Assembly: GCA_017629175.1 (NCBI GenBank)
Contig: JAGBXS010000028.1
Span: forward strand, 1 to 53,042
From: Clostridia bacterium
GTDB lineage: Bacteria; Bacillota; Clostridia; Oscillospirales; CAG-382
Length of the DNA stretch: 53,042 nucleotides
Direction: 5' to 3'
The notes beneath the pieces were generated by a model that worked only from the letters and a program-made list of their open reading frames with translations, had not been told where the DNA came from and ran no database searches. Numbering within the stretch: the first letter of the stretch is position 1; every line of letters starts with the position of its first letter. Position numbers and translations under genes: made by a program. Shown in pieces: positions 45,758 through 53,042 of the stretch.

Positions 45758-46705
45758 ATGAAAAGACAGCAAGCGTTCATTGATAAAGAAAAATCCTTCC
45801 AAAAAGGCGGCCTTCACTGCCATACCACCCGTTCCGACGGTGTGGGTTCTCCCGAAGAGGTAATGAAATTTGCCCACGAGCATGGGTTTGACTTTTTGGC
45901 ATTGACGGATCATCAGATCTATAACCATACCAACTACGCACCGGAAACGGGGATCTTGCTGGTGCCCGGCACGGAGCATAGCAATATTTTGGTGTACAGT
46001 CACGGCTTCCGTTGCTTCCACACCGTATGCGTAGGCCCTTCCCCCGAAGACGGCAACGGCTTTGCCAACGACGAGAAGCTCCCCGGCACCAACTTCCAAA
46101 GTTCCGAGGAATATCAGCCCTGGCTGGACGAGGCACACGGTAAGAAGAATCTCACCATTCTCTGCCACCCTCAGTGGAGCAATACCAGTGCAAAGTATTT
46201 TGAAAATCAAAAAGGCAATTTTGCTATGGAGATCTGGAACAGCGGCTGTGCGTTGGCAGAGGACTGCGATGCGGATGCGGCGTATTGGGACGAGCTGTTG
46301 GGGCAAGGGAAAATCATTTACGGTGTAGCTACCGATGACGCGCACGTGTTTGACCATCTGTGCAAGGGTTGGGTCATGGTGAAAGCAGAAAAGGATCTGA
46401 ACGCCATTCTGGCTGCCTTGGAGAATGGGGAATTCTACTCCTCTTGCGGCCCGGAGATCTATGATTTCTACGTAGACGGCGACAAGGTCGTGCTGGAATG
46501 CTCCCCTGTTGCAAGAGCAAGACTTCACAGCGATATGCATCCCAATCAAGTAAGGGTAGATGAAAATGGGAATATCACCCGCGCAGAATTCACCTTAAAT
46601 CATTGGGCAGGTCCTTACGATTACGTTCGCGCAAGCATTGTGGACAAGGACGGAAAGCAGGCTTGGACGAACCCAATCTTCTTGGATGGTAGAGAAGAGC
46701 GCTAA
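45758..46705 (+). CDS. PHP-domain (CehA/McbA-like) metallohydrolase
   Basis: KGGLHCHTTRSDG, ALTDH, GTE, HPQW, MEIWN and ATDDAH motifs; TTGCAA-N17-TAAACT promoter at 45694-45722. Confidence 0.88.
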   Translation: MKRQQAFIDKEKSFQKGGLHCHTTRSDGVGSPEEVMKFAHEHGFDFLALTDHQIYNHTNYAPETGILLVPGTEHSNILVYSHGFRCFHTVCVGPSPEDGNGFANDEKLPGTNFQSSEEYQPWLDEAHGKKNLTILCHPQWSNTSAKYFENQKGNFAMEIWNSGCALAEDCDADAAYWDELLGQGKIIYGVATDDAHVFDHLCKGWVMVKAEKDLNAILAALENGEFYSSCGPEIYDFYVDGDKVVLECSPVARARLHSDMHPNQVRVDENGNITRAEFTLNHWAGPYDYVRASIVDKDGKQAWTNPIFLDGREER

Positions 46706-46723
46706 GATTCAAATAACGGTTGA

Positions 46724-46752
46724 TTGACAACCGGGTCTCCGAATGTTACAAT
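46724..46752 (+). promoter_or_regulatory. SigmaA promoter
   Basis: TTGACA-N17-TACAAT with extended TG. Confidence 0.75.
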
Positions 46753-46785
46753 AGCCTTTGGAAACCCGAGGAAGGAGATTTTTGT

Positions 46786-47844
46786 ATGGACTTCCCTATC
46801 AACCGTTATTTTTCTACAGAGCCACAGGAAATAAAGACACTGGATCTTTGCAGAGGGGACAATGATTTCCGTAAGGTCTATATCGTCACGACCGAAGAGA
46901 AAAAGATCGTCATCAAGCATTGTTCAAATACTTTTACAGACGTAAATCGTATCGATGGCTGGAGCAGGCTGATGGATGCTTACAGAGTGCTTGGGATCTG
47001 CTGTCCTGCAATTCTCCCCGGCACAGACGGACAAACCGTATACCGCCAAGAAACAGATAGGAGAACCTATTTTGCCTGGGCAGAAGAGTTTGCCCCCTAC
47101 CGAACGGCGGAACAGATCGGCGAGGATACGCTTAAGGATGCGGACGGTATTGCCGTCTATGCGCCGGAGCTGTTTCGTTTATTGGGGACGGTTGCCGCGG
47201 CGAAGCTTGACTTGATGGATTGGCCCTCAGCCTATTGCTTGTTAGAGCCATTTTGTCCGCCGGATACCACCGACGAGCAGACCGAATGTGCAGAAAAGTT
47301 TGTGAAATACATAAAAGAAAATATCCCCCGTTACACAGAGCGTGCGGAGAGGCTTTTGGAGCTGTATTACAAGGTGCAAAACGAATTGCGAAAGGTGTAT
47401 CCCCTGTTGCCCACATCCTGCTTCCAGGGGGATCTGAACGAGTCAAACCTTCTGCTGGACGATGAAAATCACTTTGTGGGACTGATCGATTTCAATCTCT
47501 GCGGAAAAGAACCTATCTTGAACTATACCGTGCGGGAAGCCCTTTGGTGGACGGACGATTCCGCCTTATACGGTGAAAATCAAGCGCGGTTGTACTTCTA
47601 TGATAAAGCCCTTGACGATTTGAGAATTCGTTCGTTTTTGAAAAACATGGCGTACATCGGAGAACGTTATCGGTTCACCGAGATCGAGCGAGAGATCTTC
47701 CCCACTTTGTTCCGTTACGTGAACTCCTTCTGGTGGCATCACGTCAGTGCCGTCGAAGAGGCCAAGGACGATGATGAAAAGCTTGAAATGCTCTTTGACT
47801 GGCTGGAAAAGCAAATGACCCGAGAGGATATTCGATTGCCATAA
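46786..47844 (+). CDS. APH/choline kinase-like phosphotransferase family protein
   Basis: VIK, FQGDLNESNLL (Brenner-like) and LIDF motifs; AAGGAG RBS before ATG 46786. Confidence 0.8.
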   Translation: MDFPINRYFSTEPQEIKTLDLCRGDNDFRKVYIVTTEEKKIVIKHCSNTFTDVNRIDGWSRLMDAYRVLGICCPAILPGTDGQTVYRQETDRRTYFAWAEEFAPYRTAEQIGEDTLKDADGIAVYAPELFRLLGTVAAAKLDLMDWPSAYCLLEPFCPPDTTDEQTECAEKFVKYIKENIPRYTERAERLLELYYKVQNELRKVYPLLPTSCFQGDLNESNLLLDDENHFVGLIDFNLCGKEPILNYTVREALWWTDDSALYGENQARLYFYDKALDDLRIRSFLKNMAYIGERYRFTEIEREIFPTLFRYVNSFWWHHVSAVEEAKDDDEKLEMLFDWLEKQMTREDIRLP

Positions 47845-47847
47845 AAG

Positions 47848-47877
47848 AAAGGCGTTGTGATTTCGCAACGCCTTTTT
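47848..47877 (+). terminator. Terminator
   Basis: AAAGGCGTTGTGA / TCGCAACGCCTTT followed by T run. Confidence 0.8.
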
Positions 47878-47907
47878 CTATTCCCATGAAATTATTCGTA
47901 GAAAATG

Positions 47908-47935
47908 AAAAATCCAAGTCTTTCGACTTGGATTT
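47908..47935 (-). terminator. Terminator of tRNA-Leu(CAG)
   Basis: AAATCCAAGTC-gaaa-GACTTGGATTTTT on the minus strand. Confidence 0.8.
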
Positions 47936-47938
47936 AAC

Positions 47939-48025
47939 TGGTGCGGGTGATAGGACTTGAACCTACACGAAGTTGCCCCCACTAGAACCTGAATCTAGCG
48001 CGTCTGCCAATTCCGCCACACCCGC
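47939..48025 (-). tRNA. tRNA-Leu(CAG)
   Basis: GCGGGTG acceptor, CTAGA-TTCAGGT-TCTAG anticodon arm, long variable arm, encoded CCA. Confidence 0.96.
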
Positions 48026-48037
48026 GGCACGTGTGGT

Positions 48038-48066
48038 AGTATAGCATAATGAATTCTATTTGTCAA
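48038..48066 (-). promoter_or_regulatory. SigmaA promoter of tRNA-Leu(CAG)
   Basis: TTGACA-N17-TATACT with extended TG. Confidence 0.8.
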
Positions 48067-48269
48067 GTGTTTTTTTGAATTTTTTTCATTTTTTTATTTG
48101 GCGTAAAAAACCGTTATTTTATAAGGATTTCAAGAGGAAATCACTTGGTGAAAAAGCGTCCTTTTTTTGCAGAAAAAGTGATATAAAATTTTTACAAAGC
48201 CCTTCCATTTTTTCAAAAAAGGTGCTATACTTTATTTTGAATTATTATATACAAAAGAAGGTGCAATCT

Positions 48270-50243
48270 ATGTTAACCATCCGTGCGGGAAAGCTCTCCT
48301 TCTCGGTATCCGAGGACGGAAGCGAGATCCTCTGGAACGCGCAAGGTCTCCCCTTGCGGCAAAGCGTAAACGCTGATTTTTGGCGTGCTTACGGTGATGA
48401 CGGTTATGAGAAAGAAATGACCATTCGTTCCTCCAAGCAAATCGGTAAGGCGGCGTTGGAAGACGGTGTTCTTCGTATCGTATACGACCGTTTGGTTGCC
48501 GATAATGGACGGGTTTTCGATACCACTCTTTCCGTTACCGTTACCACGGAGGTCAATACCTACGAAGGCTTTGCGTTCAGCGCCACCATCTCCAACCGAT
48601 GCGACGTTCGGATCAACGAATTACAGCTCCCTTTTGTGGATCTGGACACCGCCTGTGACGCAAACCGCGCAAACGACGTATTCTATCATATTGACGGTTT
48701 GGGGCGAATCATCCAAAATCCTTGGGAGCAGGTGCGTAAATCCAACCATACGGAATATATCGCCTCCGATAACCACGTGGTTTGGAACGCTATGCGTTAT
48801 CCCGGAGATGCGGCCATGGGATGGTTTGGCTTGCAGACCGGCGGACATTTCCTCTACACGGGCAGACATGATCCCAAGCTGAAGATCTGTGTTCTCTCCG
48901 TGGGTGTCTCTCCCAGAGATCATGATCCCCGTTTGCTGATCGCGATTTCCCATATTCCCTGTGCGAAAAACGGCGATACGGTGACTACTACCAAGTGTTT
49001 TGTTTCCTTGAACGAGGGTGACTGGAGAACCGGCTCCGATATTTACGGCGGGTATGCACGGGCAAATTGGTACACGCCTCCCGTGGTACCCGAATGGGTT
49101 AAGAATATTACCGGCTGGCAAAGAGTGATCCTGCGTCATCAGTTTGGCGAGGTGCTGTTTACCTACGACGACCTTCCCCGTATTTACGAAGAGGGTGCCA
49201 AGTGCGGTCTGAATATGATGATGGTCTTCGGTTGGTGGAAGGGCAGATTTGACAACGGCTACCCCATTTACGAGCCTGATGAGGGCTTGGGCGGTGCAGA
49301 AAAGCTGAAGGAAGCCATTCAAAAGATTCAGGAAATGGGTGGCAGAGTTGCTCTTTATACCAACGGACAGCTAATTGACGTGGCAACGGACTATTACAGA
49401 GAGATCGGACACAAGGTCTGCCGAATCGATATCGACGGCAACGACTACCGCGATCATTACCGCTTTGGCAACGACGGCTTGATGCTGAGAGCTTTTGGAT
49501 ATAAGTCCTTCGTAACGGCATGCCCCGCTAACGAAGAGTGGCAGAACCGTGTGGTGATGCACGAGAAGATGAAATTCGATTTCGGTGCAGACTCCGCGTT
49601 CTTTGACCAGATCGGTGCGGCGGCACCCCTTCCCTGCTTCAACGAAGAACATTTCCACGGCCCCAGACCCGACGAGTGCGAGATCTGGCGTGTGGAGGCA
49701 TTCAAGAAGCTTCACGCCAATTGCCCTGAGGAGAAAGCCATCGGTACGGAAATGGTAAACGATATGGTATTGCCCTACGTGCAGTACATCCACGGTTGCC
49801 AGTTAGGTCCCATCTTCGGGCCCAACTGCTTCCCCGAAATGTTTATGCGCACCTTCCCCGAGACGGTGCAGACGGATCGCTTTGTTCACGACAACAAGGC
49901 CGGCACAGACCGTCAGCTGGGCAACGCCTTTATTCACGGCTATCGCCACGACGTTTCTCCCTGGAGAGGGCGGGCACACATCGGGCAGATCCCCGAGCTG
50001 GCGGAAAAGATCACTAAGATCTTGTCCTTGAAGGAGAAATACCGTAAGTTCTTCTATGAGGGAGCCTACGTAAGAGAGGAAGACCCTGTTCTTCCCTCAG
50101 GTGTAAAGTACGGTGAGTTTGTAAACGGAAACGAGAGAATGTACGCCCTCTGGAACGATTCCGAGGAAACGAAAACGTTCACGGTGAAAGATCAAGAAAT
50201 TACATTGAATGCACAGGAGGTAACGTGTGTATGTTTTGCTTAA
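48270..50243 (+). CDS. DUF6259-like putative glycoside hydrolase
   Basis: N-terminal beta-supersandwich-like region, then FGWW...FD..YP.Y.PD..LGG, LYTNG and FFDQIG TIM-barrel motifs; no signal peptide; start moved to ATG 48270. Confidence 0.7.
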   Translation: MLTIRAGKLSFSVSEDGSEILWNAQGLPLRQSVNADFWRAYGDDGYEKEMTIRSSKQIGKAALEDGVLRIVYDRLVADNGRVFDTTLSVTVTTEVNTYEGFAFSATISNRCDVRINELQLPFVDLDTACDANRANDVFYHIDGLGRIIQNPWEQVRKSNHTEYIASDNHVVWNAMRYPGDAAMGWFGLQTGGHFLYTGRHDPKLKICVLSVGVSPRDHDPRLLIAISHIPCAKNGDTVTTTKCFVSLNEGDWRTGSDIYGGYARANWYTPPVVPEWVKNITGWQRVILRHQFGEVLFTYDDLPRIYEEGAKCGLNMMMVFGWWKGRFDNGYPIYEPDEGLGGAEKLKEAIQKIQEMGGRVALYTNGQLIDVATDYYREIGHKVCRIDIDGNDYRDHYRFGNDGLMLRAFGYKSFVTACPANEEWQNRVVMHEKMKFDFGADSAFFDQIGAAAPLPCFNEEHFHGPRPDECEIWRVEAFKKLHANCPEEKAIGTEMVNDMVLPYVQYIHGCQLGPIFGPNCFPEMFMRTFPETVQTDRFVHDNKAGTDRQLGNAFIHGYRHDVSPWRGRAHIGQIPELAEKITKILSLKEKYRKFFYEGAYVREEDPVLPSGVKYGEFVNGNERMYALWNDSEETKTFTVKDQEITLNAQEVTCVCFA

Positions 50244-50983
50244 ACGGTAAGGTAGCTTTGGTAACGGGTTCTTCCCGCGGGATCGGCAGAGGCATCGCTC
50301 TGGCTTTGGCAGAAGCAGGAGCTGACGTGGTAGTCAACTGCATGGGAAACGTGGAGGCGGCTGAGGAGGTTGCGGAAAAGATCCGTGCTTTCGGGCGCAA
50401 AGCGTTGGTTGTGAAAGCCAACGTCAGCGAGGCTGACCAAGTAAAAGTGCTGTTTGACAAGATCATGGAGGAATTCGGCAGACTGGATATTCTGGTGAAC
50501 AATGCAGGTACTTCACAAGACAAAGATATCTTCGAGATGACCTACGAGGATTGGGACAGAATCATCAAAACCAATCTTACCAGCGGTATGCTTTGCAGTA
50601 AGGCAGCTATGGAGATCATGAAGGAGCAGAAGAGCGGACGCATTATGTTCATCTCCTCCGTGGTAGGCGAACGCGGGGCGTTGTTCGGACATATCCATTA
50701 CGCCGCAACCAAGAGCGGTCAGATCGGTATCACCAAGACCCTTGCACGCACGGCGGCAAAGTATAATATCACCGTTAACGCTATTGCACCCGGACTCATC
50801 CGCACGGAGCTTTTGGTGCAAACTCACGGGGAGGAAGGCGTGGAAGAATTGGGTGCCAGCATTCCCTTGGGTCTGGGTAAGATCGAGGACGTTGGTGCGG
50901 CGGCAGTATTCCTCGCAAGTGACGAGGCTTGCTACGTCACCGGCGCCACCCTGGACGTCAACGGCGGGGCAAACTTCCGATGA
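50231..50983 (+). CDS. SDR family oxidoreductase (FabG-like, probable sugar dehydrogenase)
   Basis: TGSSRGIG, NNAG, catalytic S and YAATK, VNAIAPG. Confidence 0.92.
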   Translation: MFCLNGKVALVTGSSRGIGRGIALALAEAGADVVVNCMGNVEAAEEVAEKIRAFGRKALVVKANVSEADQVKVLFDKIMEEFGRLDILVNNAGTSQDKDIFEMTYEDWDRIIKTNLTSGMLCSKAAMEIMKEQKSGRIMFISSVVGERGALFGHIHYAATKSGQIGITKTLARTAAKYNITVNAIAPGLIRTELLVQTHGEEGVEELGASIPLGLGKIEDVGAAAVFLASDEACYVTGATLDVNGGANFR

Positions 50984-51648
50984 AGGTCACGTGGCTTGGG
51001 CAGGCGGGACTTCTTTTCCAAACGGAAAGCACCACCATTCTGGTGGATCCCTATTTTTCCGACAGCGCGGCAAGTGTTGCCTGCCATCGTAAAATGCCGG
51101 TAGACCCCTTAGTTTGGGAGATCAAGCCCGATCTTTGCCTTTTCACCCACGATCATATTGATCATTTTGACCCGGAAACGGCAGGACATTTTGTGAATAA
51201 AAACACCGCCGTGACGGTGCTTTCCCCTGCTTCCGTTTGGGGAAAGATCCGCACCTACGGTGGCGTAAACAATTACGTGCGTGTTGCCCCCGGGGTGATC
51301 TGGAGCCATGGCGACGTGGAGATCCGCGTCGTTCCTGCGGTGCATTCCGACCCGCTTGCGGTGGGATTTGTGATCCAACACCAAGGGAAGCTGTATTACA
51401 TTACCGGGGACACGCTGTATTCCATTGACGTGGCTTGTGAGATCCCCTATCCCGTGGACGTTGTTTTCCTCCCCATCAATGGCAAGGGAAACAATATGAA
51501 TGCAGTCGATGCCGCGAAGTTTGCTTTCGAAATCGGGGCAAAGCTTGCAGTTCCCGTGCATTTCGGAATGCTGGATGATCTGGATCCCGGTTGCTTTACT
51601 TACGAGAAGGTTAAAATTCCCGAAATTTATAAGGAGATGATTCTATGA
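50980..51648 (+). CDS. MBL-fold metallo-hydrolase (UlaG-like lactonase)
   Basis: WLGQAG, VDPY, THDHIDHFD, GDT, LPINGKGNNM and PVHFGM motifs; ATGA overlap. Confidence 0.88.
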   Translation: MKVTWLGQAGLLFQTESTTILVDPYFSDSAASVACHRKMPVDPLVWEIKPDLCLFTHDHIDHFDPETAGHFVNKNTAVTVLSPASVWGKIRTYGGVNNYVRVAPGVIWSHGDVEIRVVPAVHSDPLAVGFVIQHQGKLYYITGDTLYSIDVACEIPYPVDVVFLPINGKGNNMNAVDAAKFAFEIGAKLAVPVHFGMLDDLDPGCFTYEKVKIPEIYKEMIL

Positions 51649-52805
51649 AGATTACCGATATTAAACCCTTTGTGGTGGATTGCTTCCGCACCAACTGGGT
51701 ATTCGTGAAGGTTTATACCGATGAAGGCATTGAAGGCGTTGGCGAGGCTACGCTGGAATACAAGGAAAAAGCCTTGGTTGGTGCCATTGAGCACGCCAAG
51801 GAAGCATTGGTGGGTAAAGACCCGATGCGCATTGAGGAGCACGTGCACAATCTGTACCGCGATGCTTATTGGAGAGGCGGAGCGGTTTTGATGTCTGCAA
51901 TTTCCGGCATCGAAATGGCGCTTTGGGACATCAAGGGTAAGGCTTTGGGCGTTCCCGTTTATCAGCTTTTGGGCGGTAAAATGCGGGATGATGTGCGCAT
52001 TTATGTCAACGGCTGGTTTGCAGGTGCTACCGAGCCCGAGCAGTTTGGGCAGAAGGCCGCCGAAGCTGTAAAGCGCGGCGTAACGGCTATGAAGTGGGAT
52101 CCCTTTGGCAAGAGCTTTTTGGAGATCTCCAACGCGGATCTGGACAAGGCCTTGCGCTGTGTAGACGCAGTACGTCAGGCAGTAGGCCCCGGTGTTGACC
52201 TGCTCATTGAGGGTCACGGCAGATTTGACGTTCCTACCGGCATTAAGATCGCCAAAGAGTTGGAGCAGTTCAAGCCCATGTTCTTTGAAGAGCCCACGCC
52301 TCCGGATGATCTGCAGTCCCTTAAGAGAGTTCGTGACCGTTCCCCCGTGCCGATTTCCGCAGGTGAGCGTTTGTACGGCCTGAGATCCTTCAAGGATCTG
52401 TTGAGCATGAATGCGGCAGACTTTATACAGCCCGATGTCAGCCACGCAGGCGGTATTCTGGAGCTGAAGAAGATCGCGGCATTGGCAGAGGCACATTACA
52501 TTCCCTTCGCGCCCCACAACCCTTCCGGCCCCGTTGCCAACGCGGCTACATTGCATCTTGCGGCCTGCTGTGTGAACTTCAGCGTTTTGGAAATCATGTA
52601 CAGCGACGTTGTATACCGCAAGGACGTAACCAACGAGTCCTTGGAGTACGCAGACGGAAAGATCAAGATTCCCGACAGACCCGGTCTGGGCATTGAGCTG
52701 AACGAAGAGGAATGCTTGAAGTATCCTTATCAGGTTCATACCCTGCGCCATTACACCGGTAAGCTGACGGACATCCGTCCGCCCGAGACGGCGTTCTATT
52801 TCTAA
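51645..52805 (+). CDS. dgoD: Galactonate dehydratase-like sugar acid dehydratase (mandelate racemase subgroup)
   Basis: GVGEATLE, YWRGG, ALWDIKGKALGVPVYQLLGG, EGHGR, EEP, GER, QPDVSHAGG and APHNP motifs; actual substrate unproven. Confidence 0.82.
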   Translation: MKITDIKPFVVDCFRTNWVFVKVYTDEGIEGVGEATLEYKEKALVGAIEHAKEALVGKDPMRIEEHVHNLYRDAYWRGGAVLMSAISGIEMALWDIKGKALGVPVYQLLGGKMRDDVRIYVNGWFAGATEPEQFGQKAAEAVKRGVTAMKWDPFGKSFLEISNADLDKALRCVDAVRQAVGPGVDLLIEGHGRFDVPTGIKIAKELEQFKPMFFEEPTPPDDLQSLKRVRDRSPVPISAGERLYGLRSFKDLLSMNAADFIQPDVSHAGGILELKKIAALAEAHYIPFAPHNPSGPVANAATLHLAACCVNFSVLEIMYSDVVYRKDVTNESLEYADGKIKIPDRPGLGIELNEEECLKYPYQVHTLRHYTGKLTDIRPPETAFYF

Positions 52806-52827
52806 AATAGATCTTCAGGAGACGTTC

Positions 52828-53042
52828 GTGAAACCGAAGGATATCCGTAAAATAACCGTTGCCGTAACCAGATTCTTGAAGTTCTTTTTGGCTTTGTGGA
52901 TCATCTCGCAGGTGGTATTTTACTTTGCGAAGATCGACGATCCCTTCCTCACCGTAACGGAGACCTATATCACCGCAGAGCTGTTCGGCTGGATCTGCGT
53001 TGGCATCCTATTGCTTGCGTTTTCTTCTTTTATCAAGCCCGC
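52828..53042 (+). CDS. Hypothetical membrane protein, N-terminal part (3' truncated by window)
   Basis: AGGAG RBS, GTG start, frame open to the window end with two hydrophobic segments. Confidence 0.6.
   Translation, partial: MKPKDIRKITVAVTRFLKFFLALWIISQVVFYFAKIDDPFLTVTETYITAELFGWICVGILLLAFSSFIKP

Noticed and set aside
39164-47938. Possible genomic island between tRNA-Met and tRNA-Leu(CAG)
   Set aside because: Genes look accessory and self-contained, but I saw no integrase, no duplicated tRNA 3' end and no obvious composition shift
48060-48269. N-terminal extension of the 727-aa ORF, or an ncRNA in the AT-rich gap
   Set aside because: Poly-A/T promoter DNA between divergent units; the RBS-associated ATG is at 48270 and no stable structure is visible

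Overview
A gene-dense chromosomal segment of roughly 50% GC from an anaerobic Firmicute. The gene families and near-consensus TTGACA-N17-TATAAT promoters suggest Clostridia (inference). Housekeeping blocks are gltA-aconitase-icd, dapA-dapB-dapF, asnS plus an aspartate aminotransferase, and four tRNAs (Arg-ACG, Leu-TAA, initiator Met-CAT, Leu-CAG). Envelope loci are MBOAT plus two DHHW proteins plus DUF4358, an LtaS-like enzyme plus a GT-C-like protein, and DUF1836-NfeD-flotillin. Carbohydrate loci are SBP-DUF4855-CBM9-like lipoprotein-isomerase, a GH78 rhamnosidase, and DUF6259-SDR-lactonase-sugar acid dehydratase. I found no integrase, transposase, CRISPR array, riboswitch or rRNA. The best candidates for new biology are (i) a membrane-anchored ~1230-aa protein made of about six tandem ~170-aa beta-rich units that may be LolA/LppX-like, and (ii) a translationally coupled glycosidase-dehydrogenase-lactonase-dehydratase operon. 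Also notable: an MBL/C-GCAxxG-C-C fusion, an ECF sigma factor with a long extension behind mirrored divergent promoters, a deletion pseudogene, and an initiator tRNA with a distorted T-arm. All family assignments come from recognising motifs by eye, not from database searches.
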